Shown: in pieces, positions 1 through 8,284 of the stretch
Layout: every line of letters starts with the position of its first letter
Numbering within the stretch: the first letter of the stretch is position 1
From: Candidatus Eiseniibacteriota bacterium
GTDB lineage: Bacteria > Joyebacterota > Joyebacteria > Joyebacterales > Joyebacteraceae
DNA length: 13,502 bases
NCBI GenBank assembly: GCA_043819135.1
Contig: JBDRFG010000150.1
Location: 1 to 13,502 of the forward strand
Reading direction: 5' to 3'
Position numbers and translations under genes: made by a program
The notes under the pieces: model-generated
What the model saw: only the letters and a program-made list of their open reading frames with translations
Database searches by the model: none
What the model was told of the DNA's origin: nothing

Positions 1-1
1 C

Positions 2-808
2 ATCATCTACATGAACAAGGTTGACCAGGTAGACGACCCGGAGCTTCTGGAGCTTGTGGAGATGGAGGTTCGGGAGCTTCTGACCGAGTATGAGTTCCCC
101 GGCGACGAGATTCCTGTGATCAAGGGTTCTGCACTGAAGGCTCTGGAGTGCGGTTGCGGGAAGGACGGTTGCGAGGCTTGCGACTCGATCTGGGAGCTTG
201 TGACCGCGATGGACGAGTATTTCCCGCAGCCGGTACGCGAGATAGACAAGCCGTTCCTGCTGCCGATCGAGGACGTGTTCTCGATCACCGGTCGCGGGAC
301 TGTGGGCACGGGTCGTATCGAGCGCGGCAAGGTCCACACCGGGGACAAGGTAGAGATCGTCGGCATCCGCGAGACGCGGAGCACGGTAGTGACGGGAGTG
401 GAGATGTTCCGGAAGATCCTCGACGACGGTCAGGCGGGCGACAACGTTGGTCTTCTTCTTCGCGGCGTTGCCAAGGAAGATCTGGATCGCGGGATGGTTG
501 TCTGCCAGCCGAAGAGCGTGACACCTCACACGAAGTTCGAGGGTAAGGCTTACATCCTTACTCGCGACGAGGGTGGACGTCACACGGCGTTCTTCAACGG
601 CTACCGTCCGCAGTTCTTCTTCCGTACGACCGACGTGACCGGCGACGCGACACTTCCGGAAGGCACGGAGATGGTGATGCCGGGCGACACCGTGGAGCTT
701 TCGGTAGAGCTGATCACTCCGATCGCGATGGAAGAGGGACTGCGGTTCGCGATCCGTGAGGGTGGCAGGACCGTGGGCGCCGGCACCATCACAAAGATAA
801 TCGAGTAA
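2..808 (+). CDS. tuf: Elongation factor Tu (5'-truncated by window edge)
   Basis: The frame is open from the window start (IIYMNKVD; the ATG at 11 is internal). Motifs: NKVD (G4), [53 protein letters not shown]. Stop is TAA at 806-808. Confidence 0.99.
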   Translation: MIYMNKVDQVDDPELLELVEMEVRELLTEYEFPGDEIPVIKGSALKALECGCGKDGCEACDSIWELVTAMDEYFPQPVREIDKPFLLPIEDVFSITGRGTVGTGRIERGKVHTGDKVEIVGIRETRSTVVTGVEMFRKILDDGQAGDNVGLLLRGVAKEDLDRGMVVCQPKSVTPHTKFEGKAYILTRDEGGRHTAFFNGYRPQFFFRTTDVTGDATLPEGTEMVMPGDTVELSVELITPIAMEEGLRFAIREGGRTVGAGTITKIIE

Positions 809-815
809 GGAGGAG
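807..815 (+). promoter_or_regulatory. Shine-Dalgarno site for rpsJ overlapping the tuf stop codon
   Basis: TAAGGAGGAG lies just upstream of the GTG start at 820. Confidence 0.85.
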
Positions 816-819
816 ATAC

Positions 820-1131
820 GTGGCCGGCCAGAGAATTCGCATCCGTCTGATGGCCTACGAGCACGCCACACTGGACCAGTCTGCGGCTGAGATAGTCCGC
901 GTTGTGAGAGACACGGGAGGCATGATTTCGGGACCCATACCTCTTCCCACGAGGAGGAAGCTCTACACGGTTCTGCGATCTCCGCACATCGACAAGAAGT
1001 CTCGCGATCAGTTCGAGATCCGCACGCACAAGCGGTTGATCGACATCACGAACTCGACTCAGAAGACGCTCGATGCGCTCATGGACCTCGATCTCCCCGG
1101 CGGCGTCGACATCTCGATCAAGGTGGAGTAG
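820..1131 (+). CDS. rpsJ: 30S ribosomal protein S10 (uS10)
   Basis: [45 protein letters not shown] start with a strong SD. Confidence 0.99.
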   Translation: MAGQRIRIRLMAYEHATLDQSAAEIVRVVRDTGGMISGPIPLPTRRKLYTVLRSPHIDKKSRDQFEIRTHKRLIDITNSTQKTLDALMDLDLPGGVDISIKVE

Positions 1132-1132
1132 A

Positions 1133-1199
1133 CCGTTTCGACGGCTCGTCAGGCAACTGATCCTTAAGCGTCCGCTCGGGGAGCGGACTCAGGAGTCAG
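1133..1199 (+). other. Structured rpsJ-rplC spacer (tandem stem-loops), candidate cis-regulatory RNA
   Basis: CCGT-TTCG-ACGG (1133-1144), TCAG-GCAA-CTGA (1149-1160) and GTCCGCTC-GGG-GAGCGGAC (1170-1188). The pairing is visible in the sequence; the function is inferred. Confidence 0.45.
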
Positions 1200-1220
1200 G
1201 GAAGTTCAAGGGGAATGATG

Positions 1221-1853
1221 ATGGCTGCAATAATCGGAAGAAAGCTGGGAATGACGCGGATCTTCGAGGAGGACGGCACCGCCGTGTCTGTCACGGTGGT
1301 CGAAGCGGGGCCCTGCGTCATCACCCGGGTCAAGACCAAGGAGACCGACGGCTACGAGGCGGTCCAGATGGGGTTCGGCGAGACAAGCAAGAAATCTCTC
1401 ACGAAGCCCGTCCTGGGCCAGTTCGCGAAGGCCAAGGTCACCCCGAGGCGAAGGCTCACGGAGTTTCGCGTCGACAACCCGGGCGACTATGAGGTTGGAC
1501 AGGAGATCAAGGCCGACGTTTTCGAGACCGGCCAGCTCGTCGACGTGACCGGGTGGTCCAAGGGGCGGGGGTTCCAGGGAGTCGTGAAGAGGCACGGGAT
1601 GAGCACGGGTCGCCAGACGCACGGCAACCGGAATCACAGGAAGCCGGGTTCGATCGGTCAGAGCGCGACGCCCGCGAGAGTGTGGAAGGGCAAGAAGCTG
1701 CCGGGGCGGATGGGCGGAGCGCGCGTGACGATCAAGGATCTCTCAATTGTGAACGTAGACAGCAAGACGAATATCCTCCTCGTCAGAGGAGCCGTTCCTG
1801 GCGCGAGCAACGGCTATCTGTTGATAACCGACGCAATCAGGGGCGCGAAGTAG
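1221..1853 (+). CDS. rplC: 50S ribosomal protein L3 (uL3)
   Basis: IIGRKLGMTRIF, DGYEAVQMGF, SKGRGFQGVVKRHG, PGSIGQ, RGAVPG. There are three tandem ATGs (1215/1218/1221); 1221 is chosen on spacing from AAGGGGA at 1208-1214. Confidence 0.98.
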   Translation: MAAIIGRKLGMTRIFEEDGTAVSVTVVEAGPCVITRVKTKETDGYEAVQMGFGETSKKSLTKPVLGQFAKAKVTPRRRLTEFRVDNPGDYEVGQEIKADVFETGQLVDVTGWSKGRGFQGVVKRHGMSTGRQTHGNRNHRKPGSIGQSATPARVWKGKKLPGRMGGARVTIKDLSIVNVDSKTNILLVRGAVPGASNGYLLITDAIRGAK

Positions 1854-1896
1854 GGTTCCCGGGACGCGGGTTCATCCAAGTGAGGCATGTTTAACG

Positions 1897-2529
1897 ATGG
1901 CAAACACACTACCGATACTGACGAAGGGCGGGACTAAGAGCGGCGAGGTCAGTCTGCCCGACGGTCTCTTCGGCATCGAGCCCAACGAACACGTGATGCA
2001 CGAGGCCGTGCGGACGTATCTGGCCAACCAGAGATCCGGGACGGCCTCGTCCAAGGGCAGAAGCGACGTGAGTGGCGGCGGGAAGAAGCCGTGGAGGCAG
2101 AAGGGCACCGGACGCGCGCGTATCGGCTCGACCAGGGTGTCTCACTGGGTCGGTGGCGGCCTGGCCTTTGGGCCCCAGCCCCGCGACTTCAGCATGAAAC
2201 TCCCGAAGAAGATACGTCGCCTCGCTCTGACGTCCGCGCTCTCGACGAAGGCCGCGGCCGACGAGATCAAAGTTCTCGAGAACGTCGAGCTCGCCAAGGT
2301 GAGCACGAAGGAGATGGCGTCTCTTCTGAGCGCGATCGGCGTCGGGGACGAGAAGGTGCTTCTGGTGATCAAAGAGGGAAACAAGGAACTCTTTCTCTCT
2401 GCGAGGAACATTCCTCATCTCCAAGTGACGCTGGCGCGGGAGCTCACCACATACCACCTGCTCTGGGCCAAGACGGTCGTGATGACGCAGAAGGCCCTTG
2501 AGACGGTGGAGGAGGTCTTCGGAGCATGA
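1897..2529 (+). CDS. rplD: 50S ribosomal protein L4 (uL4)
   Basis: [41 protein letters not shown]. Confidence 0.99.
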   Translation: MANTLPILTKGGTKSGEVSLPDGLFGIEPNEHVMHEAVRTYLANQRSGTASSKGRSDVSGGGKKPWRQKGTGRARIGSTRVSHWVGGGLAFGPQPRDFSMKLPKKIRRLALTSALSTKAAADEIKVLENVELAKVSTKEMASLLSAIGVGDEKVLLVIKEGNKELFLSARNIPHLQVTLARELTTYHLLWAKTVVMTQKALETVEEVFGA

Positions 2530-2819
2530 AGCGCGATCCAAGAACGATCATTCTCGCGCCGGTCGTTACGGAGAAGACCATGCGCCGTCGCGAAGTGAAG
2601 AATGAAGTGACGTTCAAGGTGGCAAGGGACGCGAACAAGATCCAGATCCGGAACGCCGTCGAGGAACTTTTCGACGTGTCCGTCCGGATGGTCCGCACGA
2701 TGGCCGTGCACGGCAAGGTGAAGAGGCTGGGGCGGTTCGAGGGGAAGCGGGCCTCGTGGAAGAAGGCGATCGTCACTCTAAGAGAGGGCGACAGCATCGA
2801 GTTCTTTGAGCACGCGTAG
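2526..2819 (+). CDS. rplW: 50S ribosomal protein L23 (uL23)
   Basis: [38 protein letters not shown] overlap with the rplD stop. Confidence 0.99.
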   Translation: MKRDPRTIILAPVVTEKTMRRREVKNEVTFKVARDANKIQIRNAVEELFDVSVRMVRTMAVHGKVKRLGRFEGKRASWKKAIVTLREGDSIEFFEHA

Positions 2820-2883
2820 GGCACTGTTGCGGTAGAGCGGTATCTCGCGCGAGAGACTTCAAGCACAGTCGGGAGTTTCGGAA

Positions 2884-3717
2884 ATGGCAGTCAAGAGATT
2901 CAGGCCGACGACCCCAACGCTCCGGTACAAGACGGTCGCTTCGTTCGAGGAGATAACGAAGACCACGCCCGAGAAGTCTCTGCTGACCCCGATCAGTAAG
3001 AAGGGTGGCAGGAACAACCAGGGGCGCGTGACCATCAGGCACAGGGGTGGCGGGCACAAGCGGATGTATCGGATCATCGACTTCCGTCGCGACAAGCGCG
3101 GGATCCCCGCCAAGGTCGCGTCGATCGAGTACGATCCGAACAGGTCCGCCAGGATCGCGCTTCTACACTACACAGACGGCGAGAAGCGGTACATACTGGC
3201 TCCGGACAAGCTGAAGGTTGGCGATGTCTTGATGGCCGGGGACGCCGCGGAAGTCAAGCCTGGGAACTCACTTCCTCTGAAGAAGATCCCGCTCGGCATG
3301 ACTATCCACAACGTCGAGTTGAGGCGTGGCGCCGGCGGGAAGTTGGTGCGGAGCGCCGGCAACGGAGCGCAGCTCATGGCGCGCGAGGGCAAGTACGCGC
3401 ACGTGAGGCTTCCCTCCGGTGAAGTGAGGCTGGTCGATTCAGAGTGCTTTGCGACGCTGGGCCAGGTTGGCAACATCGAGCACGAGGGCATAAAGCTCGG
3501 TAAGGCGGGCCGCAAGAGGTGGCTCGGCAAGCGTCCGAAGGTCCGTGGCGTGGCGATGAACCCGGTGGACCATCCGATGGGCGGCGGAGAGTCGAAGTCG
3601 TCGGGCGGCCGTCATCCGTGTTCCCCGTGGGGCAAGCCGGCCAAGGGCGGAGTGACCAGGAAGAAGAAGGCATCGGACAAGTTGATTGTTACGAGCAGGA
3701 AGAAGAAGAAGAGGTAG
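2884..3717 (+). CDS. rplB: 50S ribosomal protein L2 (uL2)
   Basis: [54 protein letters not shown]. Confidence 0.99.
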   Translation: MAVKRFRPTTPTLRYKTVASFEEITKTTPEKSLLTPISKKGGRNNQGRVTIRHRGGGHKRMYRIIDFRRDKRGIPAKVASIEYDPNRSARIALLHYTDGEKRYILAPDKLKVGDVLMAGDAAEVKPGNSLPLKKIPLGMTIHNVELRRGAGGKLVRSAGNGAQLMAREGKYAHVRLPSGEVRLVDSECFATLGQVGNIEHEGIKLGKAGRKRWLGKRPKVRGVAMNPVDHPMGGGESKSSGGRHPCSPWGKPAKGGVTRKKKASDKLIVTSRKKKKR

Positions 3718-3779
3718 ACGTCGCGGGGCTATCGTGCTCCGCTGGGTGATGCAGGTAGTGAAGGAGTGGGCTAAACCCT

Positions 3780-4064
3780 ATGGGTCGTTCTACGAAGAAG
3801 GGTCCGCACATCGACGAGAAGCTTCTGAAGAAGGTCCGCGGGTTGGATCGCACCGGTGAGAAGCGTGTGATTCAGACGTGGGCCAGAGGCTCAGTGATCC
3901 CGCCCGATTTCGTGGGTCACACGCTGGCGGTCCACAACGGTCACAAGTTCATTCCCGTGTACGTCACGGAGAACATGGTCGGGCACAAGCTGGGTGAGTT
4001 CGCTTTCACCAGAACATTCCGTTCTCACCGCAGCAGAGAGAGCACGACGGGCAAGAAGCGCTAG
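3780..4064 (+). CDS. rpsS: 30S ribosomal protein S19 (uS19)
   Basis: [32 protein letters not shown]. Confidence 0.99.
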   Translation: MGRSTKKGPHIDEKLLKKVRGLDRTGEKRVIQTWARGSVIPPDFVGHTLAVHNGHKFIPVYVTENMVGHKLGEFAFTRTFRSHRSRESTTGKKR

Positions 4065-4135
4065 GGCGAGGCGTCTTCAAGGGCAGCCCGTGAACGTGTG
4101 CCGTGGTATGCGGTGCAAGTCTGGAGAGTCGTGAC

Positions 4136-4495
4136 ATGGAAGCACGAGCAAGATCGAGATTCATACGCATGTCCCCGCGGAAGGTGCGGCAGGTGATCGA
4201 CCTCATCCGCGGACGGAGCGTCGACGAGTCAATGAAGACGCTCCAGTTCGTCGTGCGCGCGGCGAAGGTGCCGGTTGAGAAGACGCTGCGCTCGGCCGTG
4301 GCGAACATTTTCAACGACACGAAGGACGGCGCCCAGCTTGAGACGTCCGACCTCTACGTGAAGGAAGCATTCGTGGATGAGGGGCCGACGATGAAGAGGT
4401 TCAGGGCGCGAGCGATGGGCAGGGCGACGACGGTGCGGAAGCGAACAAGCCACATCACGATCGTGGTGGGCGAACGAACCGGGAAGAAGGCGTAG
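4136..4495 (+). CDS. rplV: 50S ribosomal protein L22 (uL22)
   Basis: MEARARSRFIRMSPRKVRQVIDLIRG, VDEGPTMKR, RKRTSHITIVV. The start is moved from the ORF-track 4103 to ATG 4136, which gives the family-typical N-terminus and has GGAG upstream. Confidence 0.98.
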   Translation: MEARARSRFIRMSPRKVRQVIDLIRGRSVDESMKTLQFVVRAAKVPVEKTLRSAVANIFNDTKDGAQLETSDLYVKEAFVDEGPTMKRFRARAMGRATTVRKRTSHITIVVGERTGKKA

Positions 4496-4512
4496 AGAGT
4501 CGGAGGAACGTT

Positions 4513-5586
4513 TTGGGTCAAAAGGTACATCCAGTCGGGATGAGGCTCGGTATCAACAGGACCTGGAAGTCCAAGTGGTTCGCCAAGAAGAACTACGCCG
4601 AGCTTCTTAAGGAAGACCTGACAATCCGGAAGTACGTGAGCACCAAGCTCGCGCGGGCCGGCATCTCGGATGTGGTCATCGAGAGGAAGGCCGACAAGGT
4701 CGTCGTTAACGTCAGGACGGCAAGGCCGGGTATTGTGATCGGGCGGAAGGGGATCGAGGTCGAGCGACTGAACAAGGAGCTCGAGCATCTGACGAGCAGG
4801 GACATCAAGATCAACATCCTCGAGGTCAGGAAGGTCGAGCTGGACGCGCAGCTCGTCGCGGAGCATATCGCGAAGCAGCTGGAGTCGCGAATGGGCTTCC
4901 GCCGCGCTGTCCGTAAGGCAGTCGAGGCGACCATGAGGATGGGAGCTCTGGGCATCAAGGTTCGCTGCGCCGGTCGGCTCGGCGGGGCCGAGATGGCCAG
5001 AGTGCAGGAGTACCACGAAGGCCGCGTGCCACTTCACACGCTGCGCGCAGACATCGACTTCGCGAGAGCGACGGCCATGACGTCGCACGGAACCGTCGGC
5101 GTGAAGGTCTGGATCTTCAAGGGAGAGAAGCTCAGCGGGATGGTCGATGAGCCGGAAGAGAGCGATCAATCCTCAAGATCCGACAGGGGCCGGCGCGATG
5201 ATAGGTCTGACCGAGGCAGGGGAGACCGTCCACCGCGCAAGGGCGGCAGTAGTGGAAGCAGAGGCGCCTCGGGCGCCAGCAGCGGCGGGAGCGGCTCGGG
5301 CGGCCGTGGAGGGAGTTCCGGCGGACGTTCGGGTTCAGGCAGACCGTCAAGTGGCGGCAGGCCGCAGAGTGGCGGCAGACCGCAGAGTGGCGGCAGACCG
5401 TCAGGTGGCGGCAGACCGTCAGGTGGCGGCAGACCGCAGAGTGGCGGAAGGCCGCAGAATGGCGGAAGGCCGCAGAGTGGCGGAAGGCCGCCGCGCAAAC
5501 CAGGTTCCGGCGGTCCAGCATCCTCCGGTGGAGCACCGCGGAGCGGCAGAAGCGCGCCGGCCACTGAGAAGAAGAGCACCGAATAA
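4513..5586 (+). CDS. rpsC: 30S ribosomal protein S3 (uS3) with long low-complexity C-terminal extension
   Basis: MGQKVHPVGMRLG, RPGIVIGRKG (KH domain), GRLGGAEMAR, GRVPLHTLRADID, GVKVWIFKGE (ends ~aa 205). TTG start behind GGAGG; the ORF continues to 357 aa. Confidence 0.98.
   Translation: MGQKVHPVGMRLGINRTWKSKWFAKKNYAELLKEDLTIRKYVSTKLARAGISDVVIERKADKVVVNVRTARPGIVIGRKGIEVERLNKELEHLTSRDIKINILEVRKVELDAQLVAEHIAKQLESRMGFRRAVRKAVEATMRMGALGIKVRCAGRLGGAEMARVQEYHEGRVPLHTLRADIDFARATAMTSHGTVGVKVWIFKGEKLSGMVDEPEESDQSSRSDRGRRDDRSDRGRGDRPPRKGGSSGSRGASGASSGGSGSGGRGGSSGGRSGSGRPSSGGRPQSGGRPQSGGRPSGGGRPSGGGRPQSGGRPQNGGRPQSGGRPPRKPGSGGPASSGGAPRSGRSAPATEKKSTE
5338..5490 (+). repeat. In-frame 18-bp tandem repeat, 8.5 copies, encoding G-R-P-[Q/S]-[S/G/N]-G
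   Basis: Units start at 5338, 5356, 5374, 5392, 5410, 5428, 5446 and 5464, with a half unit at 5482. Consensus is GGC AGR CCG CAG AGT GGC. Confidence 0.97.
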
Positions 5587-5601
5587 GGAAGCTGAAAGAC
5601 G

Positions 5602-6012
5602 ATGCTAGAGCCTAAGAGAACTAAGCACAGGAAGCAGCACAAGGGCCGCATGAGGGGCAGGTCGAAGGGCGCGACGGAGCTCAACTTCGGCGAGTTCGGC
5701 CTGCGCGCACTTGAGCCCGGGTGGCTTACGTCGCGTCAGATCGAGGCCGCGCGTATTGCCATCAGCAGACACATGCAGCGACGAGGCAAGCTCTGGTTCA
5801 GGATCTTCCCTGATAAGCCGATCACCAAGAAGCCTGCCGAGACTAGAATGGGCAAGGGCAAGGGCGCGTTGGATCATTGGGTCGCGGTCGTCAAGCCGGG
5901 ACGGATCATCTGCGAACTCGAGGGCGTGAGCGAGCAGATCGCGCGTGAGTGTCTCGCCCTGGCAAGCCACAAGCTCCCGATCAGAACGAAGTTCACGATC
6001 AGGGAAGTGTAG
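5602..6012 (+). CDS. rplP: 50S ribosomal protein L16 (uL16)
   Basis: [46 protein letters not shown]. Confidence 0.99.
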   Translation: MLEPKRTKHRKQHKGRMRGRSKGATELNFGEFGLRALEPGWLTSRQIEAARIAISRHMQRRGKLWFRIFPDKPITKKPAETRMGKGKGALDHWVAVVKPGRIICELEGVSEQIARECLALASHKLPIRTKFTIREV

Positions 6013-6032
6013 CATCCGAAGGAGTGTAGATA

Positions 6033-6254
6033 GTGAAGGCCAAGGAGTTGAGGACACTGACCAGGGGCGAGCTGGAGCAGCGACTGCGCGAAGCGCAGGA
6101 GGAGCTGTTCAACCTCAAGTTCCAGCACAAGACCGGGCAGCTGAGCAATCCGTTGAGGATTCGAGAGGTGAAGAAGGACGTCGCCAGACTTAGGACGCTC
6201 CTTGGTGAAGGGGCCGGCGTGGGAACGTCTCTCACGGAGGGCGGCGAGGCGTAG
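6033..6254 (+). CDS. rpmC: 50S ribosomal protein L29 (uL29)
   Basis: [39 protein letters not shown] start behind AAGGAG. Confidence 0.98.
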   Translation: MKAKELRTLTRGELEQRLREAQEELFNLKFQHKTGQLSNPLRIREVKKDVARLRTLLGEGAGVGTSLTEGGEA

Positions 6255-6317
6255 CTTCAGGGGTTCCCGCGTGACGCGGGCGAACGCGGAGACGCGTCGA
6301 AACCGGAGTGGGTCCGA

Positions 6318-6587
6318 ATGGAACAGGCTGAAGGACGTAGCCGACGCAAGACTCGAGTCGGCGAGGTAGTGAGCGACAAGATGGAAAAGACCGTCGTCGT
6401 TGCGGTCACCAGGCTTGTTCGCCATCCTCTTTACGGTCGCTTCGTGAAGAAGACGAGCAAGTTCAAGGTGCACGACGAGAGCAACGAGTGCCAGACAGGC
6501 GACGTTGTGAGAATCATGGAGACGCGTCCGATCTCGAAGGACAAGCGCTGGCGGCTTGTTGAAGTCATGAAGAAGGTGACCCAGTAG
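6318..6587 (+). CDS. rpsQ: 30S ribosomal protein S17 (uS17)
   Basis: [43 protein letters not shown]. Confidence 0.99.
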   Translation: MEQAEGRSRRKTRVGEVVSDKMEKTVVVAVTRLVRHPLYGRFVKKTSKFKVHDESNECQTGDVVRIMETRPISKDKRWRLVEVMKKVTQ

Positions 6588-6621
6588 CTTTCGAGGCGCG
6601 CAGCGGGGGAAGAGGCAGGCA

Positions 6622-6990
6622 ATGATCCAGGAGTACACGAAACTCAAGGTGGCGGACAACTCCGGAGCCAAAGAGGTGCGGTGTTTCAAGGTGCTCGGCG
6701 GCTCACGGAGAAGGTACGCCGGAGTGGGCGATATCGTTATCGCCAGTGTTCGCTCCGCGATACCGGGCGGTAACGTGAAGAAGAAGCAGGTCGTGCGGGC
6801 GGTGATCGTGCGGACGCACAAAGAGATCAGGCGCAAGGACGGATCGTACATCCGTTTCGATGACAACGCGGCCGTCTTGGTCAATCCGCAGAACGAGCCG
6901 CTCGGGACCCGAATTTTCGGTCCGGTCGCTCGCGAGCTCAGGGAGAAGAAGTTCATGAAGATCGTCGCTCTGGCTCCTGAGGTTCTGTAG
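6622..6990 (+). CDS. rplN: 50S ribosomal protein L14 (uL14)
   Basis: [43 protein letters not shown]. Confidence 0.99.
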   Translation: MIQEYTKLKVADNSGAKEVRCFKVLGGSRRRYAGVGDIVIASVRSAIPGGNVKKKQVVRAVIVRTHKEIRRKDGSYIRFDDNAAVLVNPQNEPLGTRIFGPVARELREKKFMKIVALAPEVL

Positions 6991-7060
6991 AGAGCGACAC
7001 TCGAGGGCGCGGGTCCAGGCGTTTCCTGGCCTCCGTCCCTCTCCGATCGAGGAAGAGCAG

Positions 7061-7378
7061 ATGAAGATAGCGAAGAACGACATTGTGGAAGTGATCGCCG
7101 GGAATGACCGCGGTAAGCGCGGCAAGGTGCTCAAGGTGCTGCCGAAGGCCAGGCGAGTGGTGGTGGAGGGAGCTAATTTCATCCACCGGCACACGAAGCC
7201 ACGAACCCAGGGAGACCAGGGCGGCATCATCGAGAAGGAAGCGCCAATGGATGTCTCAAACGTCATGCTGGTCTGCACGAAGTGCAACAAGGGCGTCAGG
7301 GTGCGCACGAAGACCCTGGCGGACAAGTCGAAGACTCGCGTATGCGCGCAGTGCGGTGAGATGGTCGAGCGGCGGTAG
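7061..7378 (+). CDS. rplX: 50S ribosomal protein L24 (uL24), Cys4 form
   Basis: KOW motif ([15 protein letters not shown]), [19 protein letters not shown]...CAQC. Confidence 0.99.
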   Translation: MKIAKNDIVEVIAGNDRGKRGKVLKVLPKARRVVVEGANFIHRHTKPRTQGDQGGIIEKEAPMDVSNVMLVCTKCNKGVRVRTKTLADKSKTRVCAQCGEMVERR

Positions 7379-7442
7379 GTTGGGTAGATGGGTGTGGAGG
7401 ACACGCCGCCCGTCTCTGGCAGCGACAGTGGAGTCTGGAAGA

Positions 7443-7982
7443 ATGACACGGATTAGAGAGAAATACGAGAAGGAGGCGATTCCGGGCCTTACGAAGCGCT
7501 TCGGATACGCCAACCGGATGATGGTCCCCAAGATGGCGAAGATTGTCGTCAACATCGGCCTCGCCGAGGGTAAGGACGACATCAAGATCATCGAGGGCGC
7601 CATGAAGGAACTGGCGTCCATCACCGGACAGAAGCCCAAGATGACGCGGGCCAAGAAGTCGATCGCGAACTTCAAGCTCCGCGCCGGTCAGCCGATGGGG
7701 TGCAAGGTCACCCTCCGGGGCAAGATGATGTACGAGTTCTACGACAGGTTCGTCACCATCGCGGCTCCCCGGATTCGCGACTTCCGTGGGCTTCCGACGA
7801 ATTCCTTCGATGGACGAGGGAATTACACGTTCGGTCTCGAGGAGCAGGTGGTTTTCCCCGAGATCGACTACGATGATGTAGACATGATGAAGGGAATGGA
7901 CATCACCATCGTTACGTCGGCCAGGACCGACGAAGAGGCGTTCGAGCTTCTGAAGCTCATGGGCATGCCTTTCAGGCACTAG
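7443..7982 (+). CDS. rplE: 50S ribosomal protein L5 (uL5)
   Basis: [47 protein letters not shown]. The start is ATG 7443 (179 aa), not the ORF-track 7104, which overlaps rplX. Confidence 0.99.
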   Translation: MTRIREKYEKEAIPGLTKRFGYANRMMVPKMAKIVVNIGLAEGKDDIKIIEGAMKELASITGQKPKMTRAKKSIANFKLRAGQPMGCKVTLRGKMMYEFYDRFVTIAAPRIRDFRGLPTNSFDGRGNYTFGLEEQVVFPEIDYDDVDMMKGMDITIVTSARTDEEAFELLKLMGMPFRH

Positions 7983-8008
7983 CTCGACCGCTATCTGGGG
8001 GTACAGGT

Positions 8009-8194
8009 TTGGCAAAGAAGGCACTAGTCGAGAAGCAGGCCAGGAAGCAGAAGTTCAAGGTCCGGCAGTACAACCGCTGTCACCGCTGTGGTCGCTCGCG
8101 CGCCTATCTGCGTGACTTCGGACTCTGCCGTATCTGCTTCCGCGAGCTGGCACTGAACGGGGAGATCCCCGGGGTCGTCAAGTCCAGCTGGTAG
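8009..8194 (+). CDS. rpsN: 30S ribosomal protein S14, short zinc-binding type (uS14, type Z)
   Basis: 61 aa; RCHRCGR...[21 protein letters not shown] start. Confidence 0.99.
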   Translation: MAKKALVEKQARKQKFKVRQYNRCHRCGRSRAYLRDFGLCRICFRELALNGEIPGVVKSSW

Positions 8195-8214
8195 ATCCTG
8201 GCGGACACGACCCG

Positions 8215-8271
8215 TCACATCGCCCCGCCCTGGCCCACGTAACGTGGAGCCGAACGGACGGAGGCGCGTGA
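8215..8271 (+). other. Long irregular stem-loop in the rpsN-rpsH spacer abutting the rpsH SD
   Basis: Nested pairs TCAC/GTGA, CGCC/GGCG, CCG/CGG, GGC/GCC and CCACG-TAA-CGTGG. The 3' end overlaps GAGGAG at 8270-8275. Confidence 0.45.
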
Positions 8272-8284
8272 GGAGAGAACGACC

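Noticed and set aside
4103..4135. Upstream start for rplV (and likewise 10260 for rpmD)
   Set aside because: The downstream ATGs (4136 and 10284) match family N-termini and have SD-like sequences.
5338..5490. Possible CRISPR array
   Set aside because: The units are contiguous 18-mers with no unique spacers, lie in frame within rpsC, and there are no cas genes in the window.
5132..5684. Repetitive alternative-frame ORFs (5147-5608 + VAADRR; 5132-5536 - RHSAAF; 5166-5684 - GLPPLC)
   Set aside because: These are shadows of the 18-bp repeat, which is periodic in all frames. The uS3 frame is continuous, and I saw no independent initiation signals or slippery site.
7104..7442. 113-aa N-terminal extension of uL5 in the ORF track
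   Set aside because: It overlaps rplX in another frame. ATG 7443 gives a canonical-length uL5 with GGAG upstream.
820..8011. Non-ATG starts (rpsJ GTG, rpsC TTG, rpmC GTG, rpsN TTG)
   Set aside because: These are real but common for these genes in many bacteria, so they are not notable.
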